This document shows positions 19,565-33,697 of a DNA stretch of 64,000 bases, in pieces (within the stretch, counting starts at the first letter, position 1; each line of letters opens with the position of its first letter). Position numbers and translations under genes: made by a program. Origin of the DNA: Bacteroidales bacterium. GTDB taxonomy: Bacteria; Bacteroidota; Bacteroidia; Bacteroidales; GCA-2748055. The stretch lies in contig JAIPBT010000012.1 in the NCBI GenBank assembly GCA_021738565.1, positions 36,843 to 100,842 of the forward strand, written 5' to 3'. Below the pieces are notes generated by a model. That model worked only from the letters and a program-made list of their open reading frames with translations, did no database searches and was not told where the DNA came from.

Positions 19565-21975
19565 CCTTGGTAACCGTTTTCAGCTTATCCACCTGGATCA
19601 TACTCAAAACGGGGAAAAGCGAATCAAGGATCGATCAATACATTGACCTTAACTGGCGATTTACAATGCAGGATGACTCTGCGTTCAGCAAAGTCGGCTT
19701 TGATGATGCAGATTGGGAAATTGTGGCCCTCCCGCATGACTGGATGATCCGTATGCCGGTAAATAAAGACAATCCCTCGGGTACTGCAGGCGGATTTTAT
19801 CCCGGGGGTATCGGCTGGTACCGTAAGCACCTTGATGTTTCAGATTATGCCGGCAAGGACCAGTTCTATCTTGCCTTTGAAGGTGTTTACATGAATGCTG
19901 ACATCTGGGTAAATGGTCATTATGCAGGACGCCAGGGGTATGGATACATTGGTTTTGATCTTGACGTAACCGATTACCTTGTAAAAGATACGATTAACAT
20001 CATTGCTGTAAGGACAGACTGTTCAAAACTGCCCTCAGACAGGTGGTATTCCGGTGCAGGAATTTACAGGCATGTGCGGATCATTGCTACTGAAAAACTA
20101 CATTTTCCCGTTCTTAATACAAAAATAGCCAGCTACAAAAATGAAAGCCGGCAATTCATAACTGTAACTCAGAACGTAGTTAACAACGACCGCAAATTTA
20201 AAAGGTTCAAGGTCAGGACCGACCTGTTGGACCCGGAGGGCAACCTGATCGAAAGTAAAATTACAGCAAGGTCGATTGATGGAAAATCAACCAGGAGTTA
20301 TACCGAGGATTACCATATAGAATCTCCAGAGCCCTGGTCTCCCGATTCACCGAACCTTTATGAGGTTCGCAATTTCATAATACACAAAAAACAGGTTACA
20401 GACAATATTAGAACAATGTTCGGGATCAGGGATGCCCAGTTTACTCCCGATTCAGGATTCGTTCTCAATGGTAAAAAGGTAATTTTAAAAGGTGTATGCA
20501 TTCACCATGACGGGGGTGCACTTGGAGCAGCTGTTCCGGCAGCAACCTGGAAATACAGGCTGGAGACCCTCAGGGAGATCGGGGTAAATGCGTTGCGGCT
20601 TGCACACAACCCGCATTCACCGGAATTGCTGGATCTCTGCGACAGGATGGGCTTCCTTGTTATCAATGAAATGTACGACAAATGGGAACTGCAATGGAGT
20701 GAAGACCTGCCCGCATTCGATTTTCCGGGATCCTATGAAAAGGACCTGACATATTTTATAAACAGGGACATCAACCATCCCAGTGTTATTGCATGGAGTC
20801 TTGGAAATGAAACGGTTGAGCAACTGGAGAATCCTGAGCTCGGGGTTCAATGGTACCGCCGGCTTATCCGGATCGCAGAAAGCCAGGACAGCTCAAGAAT
20901 GTTTACTTGCGGACTGCATCCGGATTATTCTGGAGACATTGGCGAAGTACCATCCAGCTATATACATGTTTCACCGCTTGTTAGTTATAATTACCGCACA
21001 GATTCTTTTCCTTCGTGGCACAGGAAATACCCGGACAAGATCTGGCTTGCATCAGAAACCAGGCGATACAACAAGGACAGGCGATCGGAATTTCAGAAGA
21101 TCAGCTATCGTGACAATGCATGGTTTGATCTGAAACCTTTTGTTGCAGGACAATTTATCTGGGCCGGGATCGACTACCTTGGTGAAACCATGGGATGGCC
21201 GGACCACACATTCAGGAACGGATTGTTAACAACAAGTGGCGAGATTAAACCTGGTACTTATTTTACGCAAAGCATATATTCAGAAGAACCCATGGTAAAA
21301 ATCGCAGTGCTGGATAAGGCACTTGCAGATTCACTGAACAACCTCAATTCATGGCAGGCTCCCTGGTTTGATGCTCCTGTTGTAAGGCACTGGAATTTCG
21401 GAAATGATGAAAAGGAGCTTCAAATTGTCGTGTACACCAACTGCAGTGACGTTGATCTGACCGTCAATGGAGTACTTGCAGATAAAAAACAAAAAGAAGA
21501 TTTCCTGGATGGAGTGATAAAAACAACTGTACGGTACAAACCCGGGATCATAATGGCAAGAGCGGCATGCAGGGATGAAGAAGGCAGTCTCTTTTTCGTA
21601 ACAGACTCTCTGATAACATCCATGAAACCCCTGAGAATTCATATGGATCCTGATCGCCCGGACATCCTGGCCGATGGAAAGGATGTTGTTCACATAAGAA
21701 CGAGCGTGACGGATTCTGCAGGTATTACATACCCAACTTCCAATCACCTGATCAGCTATAAGGTTCAGGGGCCCGGAAACATCCTCGCGATCGATAATGG
21801 TGATCCTGCTGATCACAACCCGAACTATTCCCATAAAAAACGAGCCCACAGGGGAACACAGCTGCTGATTGTTCAGTCAACCATGGAACCGGGAGATTTG
21901 ATAATCAAGGCAAGCAGTGACGGACTTGAACCTGCAAAGATAAGTATCAGGTCGCTTGAACCCGGAAAAAAGTAA
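19540..21975 (+). CDS. GH2 beta-galactosidase-like glycosidase (DUF4982-type C-terminal domains)
   Basis: LPHDWMI, GIGWYRKH, WYSGAGIYR, LKGVCIHHDGG, NALRLAHNP, NHPSVIAWSLGNE, FIWAGIDYLGE. Confidence 0.9.
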   Translation: MVKPIHWITLVTVFSLSTWIILKTGKSESRIDQYIDLNWRFTMQDDSAFSKVGFDDADWEIVALPHDWMIRMPVNKDNPSGTAGGFYPGGIGWYRKHLDVSDYAGKDQFYLAFEGVYMNADIWVNGHYAGRQGYGYIGFDLDVTDYLVKDTINIIAVRTDCSKLPSDRWYSGAGIYRHVRIIATEKLHFPVLNTKIASYKNESRQFITVTQNVVNNDRKFKRFKVRTDLLDPEGNLIESKITARSIDGKSTRSYTEDYHIESPEPWSPDSPNLYEVRNFIIHKKQVTDNIRTMFGIRDAQFTPDSGFVLNGKKVILKGVCIHHDGGALGAAVPAATWKYRLETLREIGVNALRLAHNPHSPELLDLCDRMGFLVINEMYDKWELQWSEDLPAFDFPGSYEKDLTYFINRDINHPSVIAWSLGNETVEQLENPELGVQWYRRLIRIAESQDSSRMFTCGLHPDYSGDIGEVPSSYIHVSPLVSYNYRTDSFPSWHRKYPDKIWLASETRRYNKDRRSEFQKISYRDNAWFDLKPFVAGQFIWAGIDYLGETMGWPDHTFRNGLLTTSGEIKPGTYFTQSIYSEEPMVKIAVLDKALADSLNNLNSWQAPWFDAPVVRHWNFGNDEKELQIVVYTNCSDVDLTVNGVLADKKQKEDFLDGVIKTTVRYKPGIIMARAACRDEEGSLFFVTDSLITSMKPLRIHMDPDRPDILADGKDVVHIRTSVTDSAGITYPTSNHLISYKVQGPGNILAIDNGDPADHNPNYSHKKRAHRGTQLLIVQSTMEPGDLIIKASSDGLEPAKISIRSLEPGKK

Positions 21976-21979
21976 TGCA

Positions 21980-24034
21980 CTAAAGATCTTCTTCGGAAGC
22001 GGGCAGACCGACGCTGAATTTACTGCCGGCGCCCTTGCGACTCACAGCCTTGATCCAACCGTGATTCATTTCCGCCAATTCCCTGGATAATTTCAGTCCG
22101 AGGCCGGTTCCTTTTTCGTTGCGGGTACCTGGGATTGATTTCGTTTCTCCGTTAGAAAAGATCGCCTCAAGTTGCGATGAACTCATGCCAATCCCGTTGT
22201 CTTCAACTTCGATCAGAACTTTTCGGTTCGCCTGGCTGAAATAGGAATTTACTGACACCTTTCCCCCCGGGTTGGTAAATTTCACGGCATTGCTGACCAG
22301 GTTCCTGATGATCAGTTTAACATGCTCCCTGTCGGCAAAGACACTCAGACTTTCTGAAATATTTATTTCCAGGTTGATGTTTTTTTCCTTTAACGGTAGC
22401 CTGAACAAGGACATTGTATCATTTATTACAGGTTTCAGTTCAAACTTTACAACGATGTGGGTAAGCTCCCCTGTCTTTGTTCTTCCCCAGGCAAGCAGAT
22501 TCTCAAGCAGATTCAAAACCGCCCCAGAGCTTTCGGCAGCAAGCATGATCATCTCCTGTGCCTCCTTCTGCTTTAACTGACCGATGGCAAGCATCTCAAG
22601 AACCTGCCTGATGTAGCCAACGGGCCCCCTGATGTCATGCCCCAGGATAGCAAAAAAACTGTTACGAATATTGATCTCTTTTTGCAAATCAGAATTAAAT
22701 TTGCTGAGCTTCTTCTGCTGTTCGGTGAGCGCAAGCGATTTTTCATTTAACTCTTTGGTTCTCTTCTCAACCAGCATTTCCAGTTGCTCCCTGATCGTGG
22801 TATTTTCCTTGGAAAGCTTTTCTGCCATTTTAAAATCATGGTTCCCTTTGCCTGAAAAAATCATTGCATAAATAACCAGGTAAACAAACATCATCACATG
22901 TGATATATATCCAGTATTGATGCAATCAGCGACATAAAGCATGTCATTAATGGCCCCAATTGCCACAATGGCCAGGCCAATGGCAAATGCCGGCGCATAT
23001 TTCCTTCCTCTGACCCACGCAATGATCATTGTATATAGGATAACAGCCAGCGCCAAAAAGACAAAATACATGTAATAATTATACGCCTCTGAAAACAGGC
23101 TCACAGGACTGAAAATGACAAGAAGGATCATCAGTGAGCAGATCCAAAGTATGATCTTAAAAAGTAGTTTTGGGAAATCACCCGGGAAGATGAACCTGAT
23201 CATCATTACAAACAGGGGAACAAGGATGTCAAAACTTAGGTACTCCAATCTCAACCTGGTTATACCATTTGAAATAAAACTGTCTGAAATTGCTGTATCG
23301 CTGAGCAGGAATATCCTGAATGCCATCATCAGACATATGAGCGAAAAGAACAACTTGTACAATTCTGCGCGGATCAGGTACAATCCCATAAAGTATATAC
23401 CGATGATCAGAAATGCACCCATCAGGAAGAAATCCATGAACTGCCTGTTTGCCCTGTCATGCATAATGTCAACTGTGGTCCCGATTTCAACACTTCCCCG
23501 GATACCTCCTGACCGGTGTTCAAAGTTTGAAACATGAACAACAAGATCCATCTCATTGGATTTCGGGGTAAACACGAACATCACCGGTGCATAACTGAAA
23601 GTGCTCTGATACCTGTTGGCACTTGGAAATCCGTTGAAGCCGATATTAACCCCGTTGATATAGTATCCGGAAGCAGAAAACACCTCTGTAAATCTCAGTG
23701 CCAGTCGTTCTACATCACCGGGCAAAAGTATTTTTAATTGATAGGTGGCAAAACCCTTTGGTCTGATGCCAGTTACTATATCCCCAAGTTGTCCCCATGC
23801 AGAGGGTACCGGAACAAAATGGCCGCCTTCATTCTCTTCGCTTATCGGATTTGTAATCTGCTCCCAGAAGAATTTCCATTCCCCCTCAATGGTCAGTATC
23901 CCACTTTTACTGAAATCATACCCCTGAAGATCAAGCACTCCTTTTTCTGCCTTTGGTTGTGCAACAACCCAGGCAGTAATTGCGCTGATGAACAGAAACG
24001 TTATGATCCGTTTTGCATGGTGAGGCATAGACAT
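21980..24034 (-). CDS. 7TM-DISM sensor histidine kinase (no adjacent response regulator)
   Basis: Periplasmic sugar-binding-like GEWKFFW...VPSAW...ATYQL domain, 7 TM helices, GHDIRGP H-box, NAVKF, DNGIG, GTGLGL. Confidence 0.9.
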   Translation of the reverse strand: MSMPHHAKRIITFLFISAITAWVVAQPKAEKGVLDLQGYDFSKSGILTIEGEWKFFWEQITNPISEENEGGHFVPVPSAWGQLGDIVTGIRPKGFATYQLKILLPGDVERLALRFTEVFSASGYYINGVNIGFNGFPSANRYQSTFSYAPVMFVFTPKSNEMDLVVHVSNFEHRSGGIRGSVEIGTTVDIMHDRANRQFMDFFLMGAFLIIGIYFMGLYLIRAELYKLFFSLICLMMAFRIFLLSDTAISDSFISNGITRLRLEYLSFDILVPLFVMMIRFIFPGDFPKLLFKIILWICSLMILLVIFSPVSLFSEAYNYYMYFVFLALAVILYTMIIAWVRGRKYAPAFAIGLAIVAIGAINDMLYVADCINTGYISHVMMFVYLVIYAMIFSGKGNHDFKMAEKLSKENTTIREQLEMLVEKRTKELNEKSLALTEQQKKLSKFNSDLQKEINIRNSFFAILGHDIRGPVGYIRQVLEMLAIGQLKQKEAQEMIMLAAESSGAVLNLLENLLAWGRTKTGELTHIVVKFELKPVINDTMSLFRLPLKEKNINLEINISESLSVFADREHVKLIIRNLVSNAVKFTNPGGKVSVNSYFSQANRKVLIEVEDNGIGMSSSQLEAIFSNGETKSIPGTRNEKGTGLGLKLSRELAEMNHGWIKAVSRKGAGSKFSVGLPASEEDL

Positions 24035-24054
24035 CGCTTAAACAACCTACTAAT

Positions 24055-24990
24055 CTAAGAATTATTTTTATTGTTATGTGCCGTTTTGAGCTTAACAATC
24101 CTGCTGAGTCTGTTAAAAATTATCAGTGCCCCTGCCGTAATCAACATACCTGTCAGGGTGATCCAGTTTGGTGATTCTTCAGGCAAAATGAACCATGCAA
24201 GCGCCGCACCGGAAACCGGGATCAAAAATTTCCAGAGATTCAAATCAGAAACAACAATTCCTGGTTTTTTCAGCAAAACGACCCAGATTGAAATTGCAAC
24301 AGCCGAGAGGATACTGAGCCACCCCAGTGAAAAGTAATATACCGGAGGTTTTGGAGAAAAATCCAACCCCTCAACGGGAAGTGAAAATAAAAAAAGAAGC
24401 AGCCCTCCAAACACCATTGATACTGAGCTCAATACAAGCGGCGGTATGCTTCTTTTTTCTAGGGCAATGATAACATTGGAAAAACCCGAAATGATGTTGT
24501 TGCCAATCAGTATCAGTATGCCCAAAAGGTTGATTGCTCCCGACATCCCTTTGTTTCTGCCAAAAATTACAAGCACAATCCCGGAAAAACCAAACAGAAT
24601 TACAAGCGCCTTCTTCATTGTAATTTTATCATCGGGCATGACAATATGTGCAACAATGGCAATAAACAGGGGCCCTGAACCAATAACAATCGCACCTACT
24701 GATCCGGGAACAAGGTTGATTCCGGTGTAGAACAATGCATATTGCAGGAACGTCTGCAGGAGTCCGATAAGCAGAATAAACCTGATATTATCCTTCAATA
24801 TCCTGAAAAACGCGGGATTGAAATAGAGCGCAACAGGAAATACAAGAACTCCGGATATAAAAAACCTGATTCCTGCAAATTGCAGCGGAGTTGTATAGGG
24901 CAATCCCAACTTAATACCCACAAAAGCCGAGGACCAGAGCAAGCACGCCAGGATTGCCTGCAGGGTGATTTTTAGCTGCCCCTGAATCAT
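24055..24990 (-). CDS. DMT/EamA family transporter
   Basis: About 10 hydrophobic helices, LLWSSAF...PLQFAGIRF; ATG at 24990 preceded by a TATATTTG -7 box (24997-25004, - strand). Confidence 0.88.
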   Translation of the reverse strand: MIQGQLKITLQAILACLLWSSAFVGIKLGLPYTTPLQFAGIRFFISGVLVFPVALYFNPAFFRILKDNIRFILLIGLLQTFLQYALFYTGINLVPGSVGAIVIGSGPLFIAIVAHIVMPDDKITMKKALVILFGFSGIVLVIFGRNKGMSGAINLLGILILIGNNIISGFSNVIIALEKRSIPPLVLSSVSMVFGGLLLFLFSLPVEGLDFSPKPPVYYFSLGWLSILSAVAISIWVVLLKKPGIVVSDLNLWKFLIPVSGAALAWFILPEESPNWITLTGMLITAGALIIFNRLSRIVKLKTAHNNKNNS

Positions 24991-25035
24991 AGGGCGCAAA
25001 TATAGAAATATTTAAAATCGCCGGTATTGTTGTGT

Positions 25036-26388
25036 TCAGTAATCATCCCCCGGTGCGAAATCATTTTTCCTGCTCATCCATCTGCCACGGGTAAAATCAG
25101 GGAAGTCCTGGGGTTCCCCGTTATTGGCAATGGAGGTTTCAGACAGCGGGGTTATGGCGCTCCAGGCTGCAGCATCATAAGCGTCAAGGGGTGCGGGTAA
25201 TTTTCGTTTGACCACTTCAACAAAAGCATGGTCAACAAAGAAATCCATTCCCCCATGACCTGAACCTTCTGCATAGTCTCCGTATTTTTTCCACAACGGG
25301 TGGTCATATCTTTCAAGGAAACTGTCCATTTTTTCCCAGCCATGCCCTTCACTCACTCCCTCTATGAAGATCCTTTTTGTATGTTGATCAAATTCTGTGA
25401 TCCCTCCTGTACCCTGCACCCTGAAACCAAGGGAATAGGGCCTTGGTAAATTCGTATCGTGTGTAACGATGACAGATTCACCACGGGCTGTGGTAATGGT
25501 CGTTGTAACTATATCTCCCAGTTTCCAACGAAGCTTTGCGTTCTCATGACCTGGTCCTCCTTCCGGGTGACTCACAATATAATCGTGCAGCCCCCGTGAC
25601 TTGGTTGCAACGGATACCAGTGATTCAAACCTGTTGCCCCGGTTGATATCGAATATCGTGGCGATCGGTCCTACCCCATGCGTCGGATAGAGGTCTGCGT
25701 TTCTTTTCAAAGAATGCTCAGTTCTCCAGGAAGCTTCATTGATCGCCTTACTGCCAAACTCCACGCCGCCTCCGTGGGCCTGTTTACCATTGTTGAATTT
25801 CACTTCCCTTAAGTCATGCTGGTAACCGCAGCGGGCGTGGATCAGCTCACCAAACAGGTTGTCTCTGACCATCTGCAGTACAGCCATCACGTCCCTTCGG
25901 TAACATACATTCTCCAGGATCATTACCGGAACCCCCGTTTCCTCGTAAGTATTCACCAGGTCCCAGCACTCCTCCAGGGTGTTCGCGGCTGACACTTCAA
26001 CTCCTGCATATACGCCTGCTTTCATTGCAGCAACCGACATCCTGGTGTGCCACAACCACGGCGTGGAAATGATCACTCCATCCAGTTCCTCTTTTTCGAG
26101 CATGTCCAGGTAGGCATATTCATGATCCCCGTAACTGGCAGCTGGTTTGAATCCATTCTCTTCAATCATTGCTTCAGCTTTCCCCAGCGCCTGCGGATTT
26201 ATATCGCAAATTGCGGGAACAACTATATCTTCCCTCTGCAGAAGATTTCTCAAATGACTTCTTCCGCGCAATCCTACACCTATGAACCCAATTTTTGCTT
26301 TGGTCTGCAAAGAAGCTGCTAACAGTTCAGGCATGATCAGTGTAACTGCACCTGCAGTTCCGGTTTTTATAAATGTCCTTCTCTTCAT
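25036..26388 (-). CDS. GH109 alpha-N-acetylgalactosaminidase (Gfo/Idh/MocA fold), Tat signal
   Basis: MKRRTF signal, GFIGVGLRG, STPWLWH, LENVCY, YPTHG, GHGGMD. Confidence 0.9.
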   Translation of the reverse strand: MKRRTFIKTGTAGAVTLIMPELLAASLQTKAKIGFIGVGLRGRSHLRNLLQREDIVVPAICDINPQALGKAEAMIEENGFKPAASYGDHEYAYLDMLEKEELDGVIISTPWLWHTRMSVAAMKAGVYAGVEVSAANTLEECWDLVNTYEETGVPVMILENVCYRRDVMAVLQMVRDNLFGELIHARCGYQHDLREVKFNNGKQAHGGGVEFGSKAINEASWRTEHSLKRNADLYPTHGVGPIATIFDINRGNRFESLVSVATKSRGLHDYIVSHPEGGPGHENAKLRWKLGDIVTTTITTARGESVIVTHDTNLPRPYSLGFRVQGTGGITEFDQHTKRIFIEGVSEGHGWEKMDSFLERYDHPLWKKYGDYAEGSGHGGMDFFVDHAFVEVVKRKLPAPLDAYDAAAWSAITPLSETSIANNGEPQDFPDFTRGRWMSRKNDFAPGDDY

Positions 26389-26429
26389 GGCATTTGTTTT
26401 TATGGTAAAAGGTTGTTTTTCTTCAATAT

Positions 26430-29606
<3,177 letters not shown>

Positions 29607-29700
29607 TTAGTTCTTATTCATTTGGTTAAACACACAACAGCACATGATCACCAACTCCTCCTGAGAAAGACCGTGATCCGTTTGCGGTTCATATTTTTGC

Positions 29701-30783
29701 TCAATCTACAATATCTGCCATCTCATTTTCCCTCTTTATCATTTTCTCCATCAATGTATACTGGGCCCTCGCCCGCTGGTAATTATGTGTTTCAAATTCT
29801 GTTTTATAGTAGGTGTCACCATTCAGGTAATCGGTAAGGAAACGGAGTCCCTGCGTATATGCAAACACAGCCGGGGCCCGGTGCAGCAATTTTCTTTCGT
29901 CCGCAGTGAGAAAACCTGAAGACCCCGCAAGGTATCCTTTGGTGAATCCTTCGAAGATCTCAATACGGAAATCAATTTTACTGGTATCGGGCTCATCTTC
30001 AGGGGCAACACTGGCACATGTTCTCAGGGCATCTCCAATGTCAAACCAGGAATACCCTTTCATTACCGTATCCAGATCGATCATACAATTTGATTTTCCG
30101 GATGATTTGTGGAACAGTATGTTATTGAATTTGGTGTCGTTGTGCGTAAGCCTCACGGGAACATTCCCCTGGTCTGAAAATTCATATACTTCCATGGCTC
30201 TATGCATGTATTTTTCAGAAAGGCCAATCATATCAGCAGCCACACCCTTTCGCTTTTTCACCCCTGTTGAGAGGGCATCCATGAATTGATCTATGCGCAT
30301 GCGTAAATCATGAAACCTCGGTATCGAATCTCCGATTCTATCGGGATCCAGGTCGGACAACATTCCCTGGAACCTTGCAATGGCAAGTCCGCCCTGGTAA
30401 GCAACATCCGGGTTTGGGGCCACTTCATAGGAGATCTGATCTTCAATGTACCAGAACATTCTCCAATATCCCTCTTCACTATTTCCGATCCAGCTTTTGC
30501 CTTCATCTGTTTCAAGCAATACAATACCGGAACAGGCAGGATCAATCCCTGCTATCCTGTTCTTGTCGGCAATGTGGGATGTTATGACCTCCATATTGCG
30601 CATAAGAAGTTCAATGTCCTTGAAAACATGATGATTCATGCACTGCAGGATCAGCGGAGGATGTTCCTGACAACGGTCCACAAGGTATGTGTCGTGAATA
30701 TGTCCCTTTCCCAATGGTCCGGTATTACAGGCTGAAGGGTCTATCCCGAAGGACCTGATAATATCATTCAATCGATTGCTCAT
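29701..30783 (-). CDS. Aminoglycoside phosphotransferase-fold sugar kinase (N-acetylhexosamine 1-kinase/MdsC-like)
   Basis: GKGHIHDTY, THNDTKFNNILF, IDLDTVM, LRFLTDYLNGDTYY. Confidence 0.85.
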   Translation of the reverse strand: MSNRLNDIIRSFGIDPSACNTGPLGKGHIHDTYLVDRCQEHPPLILQCMNHHVFKDIELLMRNMEVITSHIADKNRIAGIDPACSGIVLLETDEGKSWIGNSEEGYWRMFWYIEDQISYEVAPNPDVAYQGGLAIARFQGMLSDLDPDRIGDSIPRFHDLRMRIDQFMDALSTGVKKRKGVAADMIGLSEKYMHRAMEVYEFSDQGNVPVRLTHNDTKFNNILFHKSSGKSNCMIDLDTVMKGYSWFDIGDALRTCASVAPEDEPDTSKIDFRIEIFEGFTKGYLAGSSGFLTADERKLLHRAPAVFAYTQGLRFLTDYLNGDTYYKTEFETHNYQRARAQYTLMEKMIKRENEMADIVD

Positions 30784-30788
30784 AGCGT

Positions 30789-31685
30789 TTACTTCCAGAG
30801 AGGTGACGGATATACTTTTTCGTCTACCAGGTTATTGATCATATTAACAACATGCGGCCGGTCATCCTGGTAGGTAACCCCAAACCAGGATTCAGAGGTT
30901 CCCAGCACTTTAAATGACGCTTCACCACTTTTAATAAGGTTATCGGCAACATACGGAATAAAAAATTCGGCCCTGGCACTGTTGATGTTTTCAGCAATAT
31001 ATTCCCTGAATTGTTTTTCAAGATGTTCAAATACATCGGGCATAAAGCCAAACAGGTTCATGGATACCTTTACATTGGGATCAAGATCAATATTTTTACC
31101 ATCTTCTTCATAGTATATTCTTCCATTTTTACTATATATCCTGGTCCGCTCAACGATCGCCGTCAGGGTTCCATCACGATCGGTCTCACATACCCCCCGC
31201 GCAACAGAACCATGTTCTGACACTGTTTTCAACAGGGTAAAACCGATCAATGCATATTCTGCGGGCCGGGCTTTGACCAGGAAATCGTGCATAATTTTGT
31301 AGGAAAGTCTTCCGTAGAAATCATCGGCATTGATCACAGCAAAAGGTTCCCTGATCACATCCTTTGCCATCAATACAGCATGGGCCGTCCCCCAAGGTTT
31401 AACCCTGCCTGAGGGTACTTCAAACCCGTTCGGAACATGTTTAACGTCCTGTATAACGTATTCTATATTGAGTGAAGAAGGAAACCTATCCATGTAAGTC
31501 TCAGTGAATTCAAGCTCCATGGCAGGGGATATTACAAAAACGATCTTGCCAAATCCTGCTTCCAATGCATCATAGATTGAATAGTCAGTGATCGTTTCCC
31601 CTGCCGGGCCAAATTCATCGGTTTGTTTTTGTCCGCCATAACGACTGCCCATTCCGGCAGCCAGGATAAGAAGCGTTGGTTTCAT
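30789..31685 (-). CDS. Sugar-1-phosphate nucleotidyltransferase (NTP transferase family)
   Basis: LILAAGMGSRYGG, KPWGTAHA, VINADDFYG, VSMN, WFGVTY. Confidence 0.88.
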   Translation of the reverse strand: MKPTLLILAAGMGSRYGGQKQTDEFGPAGETITDYSIYDALEAGFGKIVFVISPAMELEFTETYMDRFPSSLNIEYVIQDVKHVPNGFEVPSGRVKPWGTAHAVLMAKDVIREPFAVINADDFYGRLSYKIMHDFLVKARPAEYALIGFTLLKTVSEHGSVARGVCETDRDGTLTAIVERTRIYSKNGRIYYEEDGKNIDLDPNVKVSMNLFGFMPDVFEHLEKQFREYIAENINSARAEFFIPYVADNLIKSGEASFKVLGTSESWFGVTYQDDRPHVVNMINNLVDEKVYPSPLWK

Positions 31686-31976
31686 ATTTTATCAGTTTGA
31701 TTCCCTAAATTGAATATTTTCTTCAAAAGTAAAATTTAAAAGTAAGCAACATTTTATATTTCTTAACGATCAAACAACAAATGAACAAACAATATTTCAA
31801 CAGGAGGCAGTTTCTTTCCCCTGCTGGACAATCAATTGTTTTCCCACGCTGAAGGAAAGTTTACCTGCACAGTTATCTTTGCAGACAATGATATTATTCG
31901 TTGCCGCCGGAAAAAAATGAATGCATCAATTGATGGCTGAAACAACCTGTAATGACAAAACAAAACCAGTGTTCCT

Positions 31977-32636
31977 GTGAAAAGACAAATAAAAAAGACA
32001 GGTGATGGTTCCCATACACTGTATGTTCCGGAACTGAATGAGCATTACCATTCCATTCATGGTGCCGTCATGGAATCAAAACATATTTTCATTGAAGCAG
32101 GTTTCAATTCTTCTTCACCGGATACAGTGAAGGTACTTGAGTTTGGAATGGGAACCGGTTTGAATGTACTGCTTACATTTCTTGAATGTGCAAAATCCGG
32201 TCGGAAGGTATACTACCATGCCATCGAGAAGTATCCTGTTTCTGAAAAAGAGGCAGAGAAATTAAATCTTGAAGGATTCACAGGATCAGGATCAGAAGGG
32301 ATTCTTGATCAAATCCACAGATCTCCATGGAACCACACAGCAAATATTTCCGAAAGCTTCACTTTGTACAAGGAGTTGAATGATTTTCGGAAAGCTGATC
32401 CGGGCCAGGGTTACCATGTGATCTACTTTGATGCATTTGCACCGGAAGTGCAACCTGAATTGTGGACTGCAGATATCTTCAGGAGGATCTGGAAAATGGC
32501 CGAAACGGGGGCCGTTTTAACTACATATTCTTCAAAAGGACAGGTTAAGCGCAACCTGGTTGAAGCAGGATTCTCCGTTGAAAAAATTCCCGGTCCTCCC
32601 GGAAAAAGAGAATTCATTCGTGCAACAAAGCCATAG
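31977..32636 (+). CDS. mnmD: tRNA mnm5s2U34 methyltransferase (stand-alone MnmC N-terminal domain)
   Basis: TGDGSHTL, EHYHSIHGA, LEFGMGTGLN, YFDAFAP, PGPPGKRE. Confidence 0.9.
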   Translation: MKRQIKKTGDGSHTLYVPELNEHYHSIHGAVMESKHIFIEAGFNSSSPDTVKVLEFGMGTGLNVLLTFLECAKSGRKVYYHAIEKYPVSEKEAEKLNLEGFTGSGSEGILDQIHRSPWNHTANISESFTLYKELNDFRKADPGQGYHVIYFDAFAPEVQPELWTADIFRRIWKMAETGAVLTTYSSKGQVKRNLVEAGFSVEKIPGPPGKREFIRATKP

Positions 32637-32701
32637 AATTATACTGTTCGTTCTTTTTTTCGTAAATTCGCAACTTCATTAAACACTATTAAAACAATAT
32701 T

Positions 32702-33397
32702 ATGAACAACAAATCATTGACAACACTAATCATAGCTGTTGTAGCTTTTGCCGGGGGTTATTTCCTGAATAGCTTTATCGGTGGCGACGAGATTCAATCA
32801 GAAACACAGGTAAACCTTGAGAACAACTGGGATTCCCTGAGTTATTTCCTGGGACTTTCAATAGGTTACCAGACGGGTGACATGTTTGCAGGAATACAGC
32901 CGGCCCTGGTAGGTTCGGGAATAAATACTGTAATCAATGACTCCTCAGAATTTGATCCACAAACTACCCAGATGATCCAGATGCGTCTGATACAGACCAT
33001 TATGGATGAAAAAGCTCAGGCTGGACAAGTATTTCTTGAGGAGAATAAACTTAGGGATAATGTTTTCGTTACTGAATCAGGGCTCCAGTATGAACCTATT
33101 GTTGAAGGGGATGGAGAAATGCCTGCAGATACATCAACTGTCACCGTACACTATCACGGAACGCTGATTGACGGAACCATATTTGACAGCAGCATTGACA
33201 GGGGCGAACCGGCGACCTTCAAATTAAACCGTGTGATCCCCGGCTGGGCAGAAGGACTTCAACTTATGAGTGTAGGCTCCAAATACAAGTTTTATATTCC
33301 GTCTGATCTTGCATATGGAGAGAGGCCTCCTTCACAGGCAATTCCCCCCAATGCTGTTCTTATTTTTGAAGTGGAACTGCTATCTATCGGCGAATAA
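32702..33397 (+). CDS. FKBP-type peptidyl-prolyl isomerase (FklB/Mip-like)
   Basis: DSLSYFLG, TESGLQY, VHYHGTLIDGTIFDSS, VIPGWAEGL, IPSDLAYG, LIFEVELL. Confidence 0.95.
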   Translation: MNNKSLTTLIIAVVAFAGGYFLNSFIGGDEIQSETQVNLENNWDSLSYFLGLSIGYQTGDMFAGIQPALVGSGINTVINDSSEFDPQTTQMIQMRLIQTIMDEKAQAGQVFLEENKLRDNVFVTESGLQYEPIVEGDGEMPADTSTVTVHYHGTLIDGTIFDSSIDRGEPATFKLNRVIPGWAEGLQLMSVGSKYKFYIPSDLAYGERPPSQAIPPNAVLIFEVELLSIGE

Positions 33398-33403
33398 AGT
33401 ATT

Positions 33404-33553
33404 TAGTGTCTGTCCATAATGTCCGTTTGCTGCGTTACGCTCGTCGGGAAATTGCTCATCCCGATAATATATCGGGACTCCGCATTTCTCAACTTCGCAG
33501 GCCTTGCAAACGAACATTATGATCCAGCCACCGGACTGTATTGACAGACTCTA
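33404..33553. mobile_element. MITE (family A), complete copy with terminal inverted repeats
   Basis: Left end TAGTGTCTGTCCATA and right end TATTGACAGACTCTA match at 13/15; no ORF; homologous to 1247 and 41845. Confidence 0.8.
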
Positions 33554-33562
33554 TTTAAATGC

Positions 33563-33601
33563 AAAAAAGCCAGGTTACTGTAAAATGACCTGGCTTTTTT
33601 T
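33563..33601. terminator. Rho-independent terminator, possibly bidirectional
   Basis: AAAAAAGCCAGGT...ACCTGGCTTTTTT hairpin with A/T tails. Confidence 0.8.
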
Positions 33602-33697
33602 ATAAAAAAAATTGGCTTTCTTTCTAAGTTATTTTAAACTGCATCAAAGTTGCAGTCGTTTTTATTAGTTTTGTCCAAACATTATAAATAATCAAAC

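Noticed and set aside
29701-30783. Aminoglycoside resistance gene
   Set aside because: Motifs and pairing with a sugar-phosphate nucleotidyltransferase fit NahK/MdsC-like sugar kinases
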